The notes beneath the pieces were generated by a model, which was given only the letters and a program-made list of their open reading frames with translations, searched no databases and was not told the DNA's origin. 64,000 nucleotides of DNA, taken from positions 58,096,001 through 58,160,000 of the forward strand of contig CM059438.1 of assembly GCA_030390025.1 (NCBI GenBank), written 5' to 3'. This DNA is from Squalus acanthias. Taxonomy: Eukaryota. Every line of letters starts with the position of its first letter. The first letter of the stretch is position 1. The position numbers were made by a program, and so were the translations under genes. Below are positions 49,101 to 61,086 of this stretch, piece by piece.

Positions 49101-51409
49101 AGACAGAGGAAAGGGAAGCAAGGATAGAAACAAAAGACAGGAAGGAGAAAAGCAAAAGTGGAAGGCAGAGAAATCAAGGGTGTAAATCAAACAGGGCTAC
49201 AGTAAATAATAATTCTAAAAGGACTAAGAGTGTTAAAAAAACAAGCCTGCAGGCTTTGTGTCTTTATGCGAGGAGCATTCGTAATAAGGTGGATGAATTA
49301 ACTGCGCAAATAGATGTAAACGGATGACATAATTGGGATTACGGAGACATGGCTCCAGGGTGACCAAGGCTGGGAATTTAGCATCCAGGGGTATTCAATA
49401 TTCAGGAAGGACAGGCAAAAAGGAAAAGGAGGTGGGGTAGCATTGCTGGTTAAAGAGGAGATTAACGCAATAGTAAGGAAGAATATTAGCTCTGATGATG
49501 TGTAAACTGTATGGATAGAGCTGAGAAATACCAAGGGGCAGAAAACGTTAGTGGGAGTTGTATACAGACCCCCAAACAGTAATGCTGAGGTTGGGGATGG
49601 CATTAAATGGGAAATTAGAGACGCGTGCAATAAGGGCACAGCAGTTTTCATGGGTGACTTTAATCTACATATAGATTGGGCTAACCAAATTAGTAACAAT
49701 ACTGTGGAGGAGGAATTCATAGAGTGTATATGGGATGGTTTCCTGGACCAATATGTCGAGAGACCAACTAGAGATCAGGCCATCTTAGACTGGGTATTAT
49801 GTAATGAGAAAGGATTAATTAGCAATCTTGTTGTGCGTGGCCCCTTGGGGAGGAGCGATCATAATATGATGGAATTCTTCATTAAAATGGAGAGTGAAGT
49901 AGTTGACTCAGAGACTAGGGTCCTGAATTTAAATAAAGGAAATTACAATGGTATGAGGCGCAAGTTGGCTAGGATGGATTAGGGAGCGTTACTTAAAGGG
50001 TTGACGGTGGATAGGCAATGCAAACATTTAAAAATCGCATGGATGAACTACAGAATTTGTTCATCCCTGTTTGGCATAAAAATAAAACAAAAAAGGTGAC
50101 TCAACCGTGGCTAACAAGGGAAATTAGGGATAGCATAAGATCCAAGGAGAGGACATATAAATTGTCCAGAAAAAGCAGCAAACCTGAGGATTGGGAGCAG
50201 TTTAGGATTCAGCAAAGGAGGACAAAGGGATTAATTAAGAGGGAGAAAATAGAGTATGAGAGTAAGCTTGCAGGGAACATAAAAACTGACTGTAAAAGCT
50301 TCTATAGATATGTGAAGAGAAAAATATTGGTGAAGTCAAGCGTAGGTCCCTTGCAGTCAGAATCAGGGGAATTTATAATGGGGAACAAAGAAATGGCAGA
50401 CCAATTAAATACATACTTTGGTCTGTCTTCACAAAGGAGGACACAAATAACCTCCCATAGATGTCAGGGAACATAGGGTCTAATGAGAGGGAGGAATTGA
50501 ATGACATCAGTATTTGTAGGGAAATGGTGTTAGGGAAATTGACGGGATTCACCTGCTCCCGCCACACAGTACTGCTGCTCGATTATCAAAATCCATGACG
50601 AGGCCTTGGACAACGTGGACCACTTTCCATACCTCAGGAGCCTACTGTCAACAAGGGCAGACATCGATGACGAAGTCCAACACCGCCTTCAGTGTGCCAG
50701 TGCAGCCTTTGGTCACCTGAGGAAGAGAGTGTTTGAAGACCAGGACCTCAAACCCGGTACTAAGCTCATGGTCTACAGAGCAGTAGTGATACCCGCCCTC
50801 CTGTATGCTTCATAGACATGGACCATGTACAGCAGGCACCTCAAAGCACTGGAGAGGTACCACCAATGCTGTCTCCGCAAGATCCTGCAAATCCATTGGC
50901 AGGATAGGCGCACCAACGTCAGTTTTCTAGCTCAGGCCAAAATCCCCAGCATCAAAGCTTTGACCACGCTCGATCAGCTCCGATGGACGGGCCACATCGT
51001 CCGCATGCCCGATACGAGACTCCCAAAACAAGCGCTCTACTCGGAGCTCCGACACGGCAAGACAGCCCCAGGTGGGCAGAGGAAACGCTTCAAGGACACC
51101 CTCAAAGTCTCCTTGAAAAAGTGCAATATCCCCACCAACACCTGGGAATCCCTGGCCCAAGACCGCACAAAGTGGAGGAGAAGCATCCTGGAAGTTGCCG
51201 AACACCTCGAGTCTCTTCGCCGGGAGCAAGCGCAAACAGCGGAAGGAGCGCACTTCAACCCAAGAACCCCACCCACCCGTCCCTTCAGCCACTGTCTGCC
51301 CCACCTGTGACAGAGACTTTAGGACCCGCATTGGACTCATCAGTCACCTGAGAACTCATTTGTAGTGTGGAAGCAAGTCATCCTCGGTTCCGAGGACTGC
51401 CTAAGAAGA
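46164..51409 (+). mobile_element. RTE-clade LINE, 5'-truncated, split by a CR1
   Basis: KASGADG, FFDLTKAFD, QYADD, FPYL, QLRWTGHIVRM, GGQRKRFKD, terminal CxxC..HxxxH finger, taagaaga end. Confidence 0.9.
47522..50549. mobile_element. CR1 with internal inversion (3' half minus at 47522-49061, 5' half plus at 49060-50549)
   Basis: Same subfamily as 863-3490; the halves meet at the KLTGL/TGLKADK point of ORF2; RTE sequence KVLY-(Q)PAP rejoins across it. Confidence 0.92.
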
Positions 51410-52107
51410 CACCAGGGGAAGTTTTACCCACTATTTCATGTTTCTTCCATTTAAAAAGGATAATTTATTTGCACATAGAACTACCTTATTACATAGATAG
51501 GACCAAAGAGCCCAGAAATTCCCGCCCATCTTGGATGCAGGGGAGGAATTTTGGGGTGGATCCTGCTTTTGTTTGCTAAATTCTGATGAAGGAGAGAAGG
51601 TGCTTATTCGCTTATTCCACCTGCTCGCCCCCCTCTGTTGTGGCATCACTTGTGGAAACTTGACTGGTGAGATGCCCCAGAAATCCTGCAAGTTTGACCT
51701 ATCACACCCATCATACTGCAAACAGTGAGTGTGAATGCATGAAGCACCCTTCCCTTATTATGCAAATTATCCTGATACTTGTGATGGGATCGGGGAAGGG
51801 TAAGGCAGACAGGCGGAAGTCCCATCCAGCTGCACTTCCAGAACTTCTAGGTCAAGGTCTTTACCAGTCCAGACATATCACTTCCTTTGTAAACAGGGAT
51901 TTCGGAAGATCCATCAATAAAAGTGAAAAACAGAGTCCTTCCTCTGATCGCAGGAGGACTTCAGAGATCTTGGACTGGTGTCTTCTAGTTATTATTTACC
52001 ATCCTGATTACATTGCTGATTCCAGTGTTCTATTCTCTGATGCTAGTAGTATTTAGTCCTCTCAATGGAAAGTTCTTTTTAAACACAGATCCTTAAAATT
52101 AATACAA

Positions 52108-52672
52108 TAGCAAAATACTGCGGATGCTGGAAATCTGAAATAACAACAGAAAACGCTGGAAACACTCAGCAGGCCAGGCAGCATCCGTGGAGAGAGAAAC
52201 AGAGTTAACGTTTCAGGTCTGGGACCTTTCATCAGAACTGGAAAAAGCTGGAGATGTAACAGATATTAAGCAGGTGCAGAGACAGGGGGGGGCGGGGGAG
52301 GGGGTGAGAGGGGAGGAAGGAATTGAAGGAATATACTGTGCTTTTGTAAGAGGCAGGAAAGATAAAATGTTGCAAATGGGAATGGCAAAATCATACAGCA
52401 TGAAAAATGGGGGCAGGGGTTTTAGTTTGAAATTGTTGAGCTCAATGTTGAGTCCAGAAGGTTGTAAAGTGCCTAATCGAAAGATGAGGTGCTGTTCCTC
52501 GAGCTTACGTTGAGCTTCATCGGAACAATGTAATAAGCCGAGGACAGAGAGGTCAGAGTGGGAGTGAAGCGGTGAATTAAAGTGACAGGCGACCAGAAGC
52601 TCAGGGTCGCCCTTACGGACTGAACGGAGGTGTTCCGCAAAGCGGTCGCCCAATCTGCGTTTGGTCTCCTGT
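52108..52672 (-). mobile_element. Second Penelope-like family: GIY-YIG C-terminus and pLTR
   Basis: GETKRRLGDRFAEH..VACHFN..EQHLIFRLGTLQPSGLN; hammerhead in the 3' region. Confidence 0.88.
52203..52239 (-). ncRNA. Minimal hammerhead ribozyme
   Basis: Minus strand AGTT-CTGATGA-A-AGGTC cca GACCT-GAAA-CG-TT-AACT, palindromic AACGTT stem III. Confidence 0.82.
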
Positions 52673-53116
52673 ATCTCAATCTACTTGAGAGTGCTAGAGA
52701 ATGTGGATGTGAATTTCATAGGGTTTTTCTGACACCACTCTTCTGTGCAATGCATACAAAATGTATGGCCTGATCAATACTTACAGGAACGATCATTGGT
52801 GATGCTTTCTTCAGTCATTTTATCTCACTGCCTTATTCTAAAGGGCTACATTTCTGAGAGTTATCAACATCCAATTTCCACTCCACTTGTCACAACCAAA
52901 GTGTATCGATACAGTGTACATTAATCTAGTCAATGCACTATCAAAAATCCATTCGAGTGCACAAGCAAAATGATGGAGTGTTTAAGTGTGTTTTATATGT
53001 CACCGATGAAATGGCACATTAAAGCTTAGCATAAGATATCAGAGTTCACATAGTGGTGAGGAAAAGGAAATAAGTACTAATGTTGAATGTTTTAAATATT
53101 TGGTTTCCCTTCTCAG

Positions 53117-53259
53117 ATAATGCCGATGAAGTTTTGAGAAAGGAAGAGGCTGCAATAATAATGGTGGCAAAGAGCAGGATTTTTGGAGGTGCTACTATTC
53201 TAACAGTCAATGACCAAGCTTATCTTGATGGATTTAAAGTATTTTACAAAAAGAACTAA
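53117..53259 (+). CDS. Host gene last coding exon E (DNADEVLRKEEAAIIMVAKSRIFGGATILTVNDQAYLDGFKVFYKKN*); exon extends to 53284
   Basis: ttcccttctcag acceptor, phase 1 is the only long open frame, TAA at 53257-53259, gtaagt donor at 53285. Confidence 0.75.
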
Positions 53260-54311
53260 TGCTGTCTGGCCTGATTCCACCACAGTAAGTTACAAACATT
53301 ATATTGTAGATTTAACAGTCATGGTGAAGAGGACCCAGCATTACAATTTTTATAATAATTTATGTGAGACCCTGACCTAGCTTCCCCCTCCAGCCTGGAG
53401 CTCACTGAAGGAGGGTCTGGAAAATCTTGTGACACCGAAACCTTTTAAGGACGTGGCCAATTAAAGATACGTAACTGCATTGTGGGAATATATGAACGGT
53501 GATTCTCAATCCAGGGATGTCAAGACAGTGTACCGTGAAAAATCATGGGCTACACACATGAGAACCACTCCCTGGTGGAAGTGCTGGATCATAGAATCAC
53601 CCCTATAGTTTGATCTTTTATAAAGGCTTAAAACCTATTTTAAATATTTGTTACTTATTGCAAAGGCTTGATGAGGGGGAAAGAGCAAGGAAAGGCAAAC
53701 CCAATTAGGAGGCATGAAACAGAGTCAGTGGGCAAATGATGGAGCGGTGCAGCACCCAACCTCTTATTTAATGGGTGGTAACATGCTGCATGAGATGGGA
53801 GAGAGGAGAGTTGTCACATTTGGCACTCCAATGCACCCTTCTGAGAGGATGGCAATCTGCCCATCTGTAGTTATGTGAGCCAATGCAGCAGTCATTTACC
53901 AATGGCATGGGAAGGACCTTCTGGTTGTTGTCCAAAAACAGCAGCCGAAATGCTTCCAGTCAACCCTCGAACCGATATCTCTGTAACGAAGAAAAGGGAC
54001 TTATTTTCTCCACTTCCTTCTTTCTCTATTCTGTTCTTTCTTAAATGCTGTTCATTTGCAGTATCTTTCAGAGGGAGGATTTATACCGGAAACATCAAGT
54101 GACCTGTGTTTTCTCAATGGATGCTGCCTGACCTGCTGAATGCATCCAGCATTTTCTGTTTTTGTTTCCTCTATTTCCCTCTCTGCTCCATGTGGAAGGA
54201 TTAATGAATAGCAAAGTTACAGAGTATGCAGCACACCACAATTATTTTGGAAACTTTGGCTGGGCTTTAATGCAGGACAAAGCCTGATCTGTAAAGGTAC
54301 TCATTTTGGAC

Positions 54312-55410
54312 TCATTGCTTGAGCATGCCTGTGGTATGTTTGATGATGGCTCTCGTGGAGGCAAACATCTCATTATACCCATACTCTGGTAAAATGTGCG
54401 AATGCCACAGACAGATCATGAGCTCAGGATATAGCGGGTATCCTGGTCTCCCAGGATCAATCCTTTTACTTTCTGGTGAGTAGAAAATAATTGGGGCACA
54501 GTAGACTGTTGTAAAATAAATGATTGCTGCGAGGGAAGCTGACATTCAACTGCACAAACCTGATTGTTTGTGCGTAATCACTTGCAGTTAATTTATGGGC
54601 AATTTTGTGTGCAGGAGTATATAGGGATACAAGCATGCCATCAATTATATCCTTGACTAGGCACAAAATCTAGGCTGACACTTCACTGCAGTACTGAGGG
54701 AGTGCTGCATTGTCAGAGATGCCTTCCTTTGGATGAGACGTTCATCCGAGGCCCTGTCTGCCCTCTCAATTGGACGTGAAAGATCCCACTGCACTATTTT
54801 GAAGAGCAGGAGAGTGTCTGGCCAATATTTATCCCTCAACCAACACCTAAAACAAATGATCTGCTTATTATCACATTGCTGTTTGTGGGGCCTTGCTGTG
54901 GACAAATTGGCTGCTGTGTTTCTACATCACAACAATAACTACACTGCGAAAAGTACATCTTTGGCTGTAAAGCAGTTTGGAACATTCTGAGGGTGTAAAA
55001 GGTGCTATATAAATGCAAGTCTTCTTTCATTTTTTTTTCTTTTTGACTTTGGGAAATCCGGCCATTTAGAGAAATCTAATGGCTTTTTCCTGTTGTTCTG
55101 TCTTGCCTAAGGGGAAAATGATGTGCTGCTTATTCTTCCGTACAAGGCATATTACCTGCTTTATACATTAATGTACTGCACACTGACTGATGTTACTGAT
55201 CTCCCCACTGGCAGCTTGGCTAGAGCTCAAGGCAAAAAAGTTCAATGTTGCTATAATCCTCACTGCCACTGGCAGTGGCATGCCTGTCCTGGAATTCAGC
55301 TGGAGGTACTCATGGAGCATATTGCACAATGTTGTCACAACCTCCGTGGTAAATCTGAACCTCTGCATGTATTGTTTCTTTGTCAGGTCAAGGTAACTAC
55401 ACTGTGGCGG
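54312..55410 (-). pseudogene. Decayed Harbinger transposase relic split by a SINE
   Basis: FRFTTEVV..LPVAV..LNFFA..SGEISNISQ and STRAII..GMLKQ. Confidence 0.7.
54660..55030 (+). mobile_element. Deu-domain SINE (SacSINE1-like) body and L2-type tail
   Basis: gtactgagggagtgctgca..gatgagacgtt..cgaggccc..aaagatccc core recalled from DeuSINEs; gctatataaatgcaag tail. Confidence 0.7.
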
Positions 55411-55417
55411 ATATATA

Positions 55418-56408
55418 GGGGGGAATTTTAACTTAAAGAAACGGGTGGGTTAGAAGTGTGGGGATAGTTAAATTGTTAAAAATTGGAATCCCGACCTGAA
55501 TCTGCCTCCAACCTGCCTACTTCTGGTTTTAACGGAGGCGGGATGGGGTCTGGCAGCCAAACCGCTGCCAGGAGGTGGGATGTCAATTTAAATATTTTAA
55601 TGAGGCTGGAAGACTCTTCTTTAACCTCCACTTTGTTTTTAACTATAGCTGGTCGAGTTTTACACAGTTTGTAAAACCCAGCAGTTGCAGCAAGGCAAGG
55701 ACTGCTGCATTCAGGAGGTAAGTGCCCTTACACCTACCTCCTGGATCTAGGGTCCCTGCCTAACCCACCCCCTGCGATCGGAGACCCCCTCACAAAGCCT
55801 CCCATCACCTTCCCGGATCCCCTCACCCCCGATGGTCCTGATGCCAGCCCTGATCCTCCGGTGGCCGGCCACGATCTTCCCTTCACCTCACCACCCACTC
55901 CGCCGATGATCCTGAGGCTGGCCATGATCCTCCGGTGGCTGGCCATGTCCTTCCCATCACCACCCAACTCCCCCATCCCCAACCCCGATCATCCTGAGGC
56001 CAGCCCCAATCCTCCGATAGCCAGCCACAATCTTCCCTTCATCGCCCACCATCCCCCATTCCCCAATTATCCTGAGGCTGGCCACGATCCTCCGGCGGCC
56101 GGCCACGATCTTCCCTTCACCCCCACCCCCCACCCCCTCGATCATCCAGCCACAATCCTCTCTCCCCCCTCGCCCCCACCCCGATCCTCTTAACAGCCCG
56201 GGCAGAACCCCGATCTTCTGTCCAACCCCCCTGATCCTCTTAACATCCCAGCCCCCATGCGAACCCTCCCTCCTTCCTGTGTGTGGTTTAGTTAAAGTCG
56301 GCAGGGCCACGGGAATCCCGGCCTCCTGGGTTTCCCAACTGCCTCGGAGCCCCCCGCGCCCGCCCCCCCAGCCGCCCCCAACCCGCCTTCCTCCTTAAAA
56401 TCCATCCC
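55418..56408. mobile_element. Harbinger-type MITE with an internal C-rich minisatellite (about 55780-56250)
   Basis: Ends ggggggaattttaa / ttaaaatccatccc; ATA TSD; repeated gatcctccg..ggccacgatcttcccttcacc units. Confidence 0.75.
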
Positions 56409-56522
56409 ATACAGTTTACAGTGTTATGGAAGGCAAGAGTCCTTCTTCTCAAAGTGGCCTTGCTTCCCTGGCTTCCAAAAGTTCCACCTTATCCTGCTTT
56501 TCCTCTTACAACTAACACATGT

Positions 56523-57445
56523 AGGAGTTGATTTTGACTTTTGGGCAACCGGTCGATCTCCCGCACCCGTGGCGCAGAGGTGGCTTCGATTTTGAGGCCT
56601 TTCTCTCATTAACATCAGGCCAGTGAGCTGTGGGGCGCCATACGGGCTGAACGTGAAAGAATATCTAAGGCAGATCCAAAATTTGTAACAGACACAAAAT
56701 ATACTTAAAGTTTACTTGCCCAATTCTGGGATCCCCTGTGCCTAATCTGCTCCTGCGCAACCAGTGCAGCTGAGTACAAAACCAGCCCATGAGTAAAACT
56801 AAACAGTAGGAATCAGCAGGCGATACAGATCCCACCAAATGAATCCATCATTGACCCTCCAAGCCTTAATGTTATTGAGATTGGAGGGATAGGTTGATAA
56901 GTGCTGAATCTTTGAGAACATAAAAGCAGGCGTAAGACCCCCTTTTAACAAGGTAAGTAGTTAATTAAGTATTATTTAAAAAAAATTTCAACAGGTTTAT
57001 CTTTTTTAGAGACTTTAAAGAAAGGTAAGTTTATTTTTATAACTTTTAAAAAGAATTTAAATTTTTTCAAAAATTTAAATTTTTGTTTAAAGTGGTTAAT
57101 TTATTTAACTATAGTTATTTTATTAATGTGATGTTTTTTTTTAATTTAATTGAGGTTTAGCTGTTCTTTTGGGGGCAATTTGTATTCATAGCTTTGACAG
57201 CTCTTCCTGTCAAAACTATGAATGAAAGATGGTGTGCTGCCATTGGCTCTAACTGGCTCACGTGATCCCAGAGGTCGCATCGAACTAACTGCGCCTCTGG
57301 GACACGCACACACTGCGCGCCGGCACCAGGGAGAGGCCCAGGAACTGAAGTTCGTGTGGGCCAAAACCATAAAGGCAGGCGCGGAGTGCGATATCGCGGG
57401 GGATCCTTACCCCCGCGGCAACCATCGAAGTCCAATTTCTGGGCC
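56523..57445 (-). mobile_element. MITE related to 17578-18321 (left boundary uncertain)
   Basis: Ends aatttctgggcc; shares gatggtgtgctgccattggctctaa and the AT-rich block in reverse. Confidence 0.65.
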
Positions 57446-57679
57446 TATGTGCAGAAGATTCGTATTCATTGGGAAGTGGAATTTCTCTTAGGGCCCATGT
57501 CAGAAAGAGGTCAGATTTATTATTCTGACTGCACGTGGGTCCCAGTGCAATGCATGCAGTAAGCCTTCTACCCTTCGCACTTGCATTTCAAATTATACCT
57601 GCTGTATTCACTCCATTGCCAATACTGGAGGAGGGAAACATTAGTAAGTAACCTTGTCTGTTTATTTATGTATCTACAG

Positions 57680-57755
57680 GAAGTTTTGTAGCTGAAGATT
57701 GCAGTTGAACATTGGCTATCAAGATGAATAAAATGTTAACATCCAACAACCCTCA
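57680..57755 (+). other. Probable terminal 3'UTR exon of the host gene
   Basis: tatctacag acceptor and AATAAA at 57727-57732; pairs with the donor at 53285. Confidence 0.45.
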
Positions 57756-58606
57756 AACACTGAGGCCCAGAGCAGCTAGTTCTGGATCTAAACCTGAGAA
57801 ATGGTGACATTCTTTTCAGAAAATTGTTTTGATTCTGAAATCATCTGCAAATTAGTTCAATTTTGCATAATTTTCCACATTTAGACTAACAAATTCTGCA
57901 TTATTTAATGCTATTTAATGTTTATTATTCCTTCAACTTTCCCACAGACTTGTTCAAAACTTGCAGCTGATTTTATCTTTTTTGTTCTACACTAGAATGA
58001 TTAAACAGTTTGGTTGACTAAAACAAATTTGCCTAGGATCAGTCTTGTTCAAATGCATTCAAAAATCTCTGGCACTTGACATGATTGTACTTTGCAGAAC
58101 AATATTATTTGTTACAGACACAGTCAAGCATTCCAGAAATTATACCATTTGATTACTTTGAAGTCAGTTTCATTAGTAGTAATGAGGAAGTATTGGTCAA
58201 TCACAGTGAATCTATAATAATGCTCCTCTAACAGTTCTCAAGCAGCTAAACTGCCATGTAACTGATATACGTCTCCCAAATGGCCTTAACACAGCTATGG
58301 AGTGCAAAATTGTGGCAGAGAATAACTTAATTGCAACCAAGAAAATTTTATTTCAGCGATAATTGACAGCAAGCTCTTCTGAGCACTGCAATGCAGCATC
58401 ACAACAACACCTTTGGTGAGCAAGGAACAAACAAAAGAGGCATGCATGGCAATAATGTCACCCAGATTGTGAACACTAGCTCAAGGGCTGAAAGGACCTG
58501 GCAGAAAGTGAGAGAAAATTAATACACAATTTAAGGAAGAGCACCAAGGTAATGCCTGAATATTACTATAAAGTAGAAGCAAAGGACACGTGCATGGTGG
58601 AAATTT

Positions 58607-59376
58607 GGCCCGGATTTTGCGGTCAGCGGCGAAGGAACGGTGCTTGCCGTTCAGTATGCTAACAGCTGCCCACAAGGTCTTTGCGGCTTTTTGAGTGGAG
58701 ACATGCTCTAATCTGGCGTCTGATCCAGCACAGCACCCTCTACAGGGCATATGGGGCATCTGTGAGCAGGACAAATAAAAAACGAGGCTCTTCAACCAAT
58801 CAGATTGAAGAATCCTCACTGAGACACGCGGAGTCTAAACAAGGAAGTATAAAGCAGGAAGTATAAATTAGATTTAAATCATGTACAGAAAGTGAAATAA
58901 AGATTGGGAAAGAAAGATGGGATTAAGAGGGAGCTAAAAGAGACAGACAGAAAAATAACAAGAAAAATTTATTTTAAATTAAAAAAAAATCTCCAACACT
59001 AATTAACTTCTAAAGGAATGAGACTCCACACTTATAAAATTAAATTTTCAGAGCCAGAGAGGTTATTTGGCAGTAATTATCACTTATCACGCCATTAAAA
59101 ATTCACTTACTCCTGAATACACCAGCCCTAACTTTTTCGTGTTTAGTGGGTAAGTACCCCAACCTCACGCCATTGCAAGTATTTTAGTGCCGAGTCTATT
59201 GGCGAGGTTCTGTTATTGCGCAGCCTGTGGAGGAGCAGGGTAACTCGGACCGCCACTTCCGAATTTCCGCATTTAACTGCACCTGTGTGTACTCCGGAAG
59301 TTGCTGTCCGATTTACTCCATTAATAACGGTGAGTGATGTTAGCCTCACTGTTATTCACAATGCAAAATCCAACCT
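58607..59376. mobile_element. Harbinger-type MITE
   Basis: Ends ggcccggattttgc / gcaaaatccaacct. Confidence 0.6.
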
Positions 59377-61086
59377 TTGTAACTAAGAACATAAGACAAT
59401 CTGGAGTGAGATGAGGCCGATGTAAGATTATTCTGTTATAGACACTCCCTCCCCAACACCTCCACTTTGCTGATCTACTAAAGGGGTCATTTTCTGCTTT
59501 GGAGCTCCAGCAAATTAAAATTAATGGATGGAAAACTACGGGCTGGGGATGTGCAATCTCCTGGCATATTTTGAGCGCTGAAGCAGAAAATCTCTGCTTA
59601 AGTTCCTTCCCTTACCTCCCATGATAAATAAAATCAAACAATGCCTTTTATTAACAGAGATGAAAATTGAGCTCCCTTATAAAAGTGGCACTTGGCCCTG
59701 AATCAACTATTATCTCAGGGAATCTTTTCCACATATCCACTACTCTTGGGGGAAAAAATATTTTTTAAATTCCTAACCTTACTCAAGGCTTGTGAAATTT
59801 GTATTTGTGTCCTATAGATCTATCCTCATTGTTCAAGTTGAATATTTTGCTTATCTATATATTTAATAATTATAAAAGTCTATCATGGCTCCCCTCAGTC
59901 TTGTATCTAGTGAAAACAAGTTTAGATAACCATTTTATTGGCGTCACCCCAATCCCAGGGGGAGGAACTTGATTATGTCCATGTGTGGCCAATCAATCAA
60001 TTCACACTGGCTATTTTAAAATAGGATCCTCTCATGTTTTCTGCATTGAATTTCTGTTTTGATTACCTCTGATTCTTATCACTTTGATTTCGTTTGTCAG
60101 TTTAGTTAATTTTGTTTTAAAAATCAGCCAAACTCTACCCAGAAAATGTTTCATGTTTTTCCCCTTCAAAGGAAGGCATGTGAATAACGTGCCTATGGAG
60201 CAAGGCTTACTTGACTCTTCATTCTGGCTGGTCCATCTCAAGATAGGTACACCCACAATTGTTAGGATCTAGGAATCTTTTTGCTGCAGACCTATTTCAG
60301 CACAAACATGAGCTTGTTTACGGTTCAGGGTTCATGTTAATTTAATAGACCATGGGAAATATGCCAGAAGTGCAGTAACATAAGTGCAAGATAATCATTT
60401 CATCAGCAGAAAGCATTATCTCATGAGTGGAGCTGGACTAAATGATGGATATGTGTATGAGTTGCAAGTAATAACTGAATTTAGCAATAAAGAGGAGCTC
60501 TTTCTTTATAGTCTTCATAACTCTGAAGTGTTATTCCTTTTCCTTGTGCCCTGCTGCCGATCCAGGTGAAGTGGTAACTCTGGATGGTAGATGACAGTAC
60601 TAGAGGTTTTCCAGTCATTTCTTCGGATTTCCCGCAGAGATTCTTTTACTATCAAACAATAGGATCAAATGCATTCAAAAGTTTCTGGCACCTGACATGC
60701 TTGTACTTTGCAGAGCAATATTATTTGTTACAGAAACAGTCAAGCATTCCAGAAATTATACAATTTGATTACTTTTGCATCTAAGCAGTAACAAACAACA
60801 GCAACTTGCACATCTTTAGCAGCTTTAACATAACCAAACACCACAAGGCACTTCATGAAGGGCTGAGGTAATGAGCAGGAGTTAGGGAATATGGCCAAAG
60901 TATGGTCAAAAAAGTAGTTTGAAGGAGTCTTTTGAAGCTGTAACAAAATTAGAAAAGTTGGAGAATTAGCGCCAGGTGCTAATGCTTTAGACTACACACA
61001 AAATTCATGCTCACTGCTCAAAGAAATGATTGGAGCGCTAATTCAAGTCTTTAAGCCCAAGCTCATTGGCCGTACACTCAAAGGGT

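Noticed and set aside
55780..56250. Repeated gatcctccg..ggccacgatc units resembling a repeat-spacer array
   Set aside because: Degenerate C-rich minisatellite inside a MITE; no unique spacers, no cas genes, eukaryotic context
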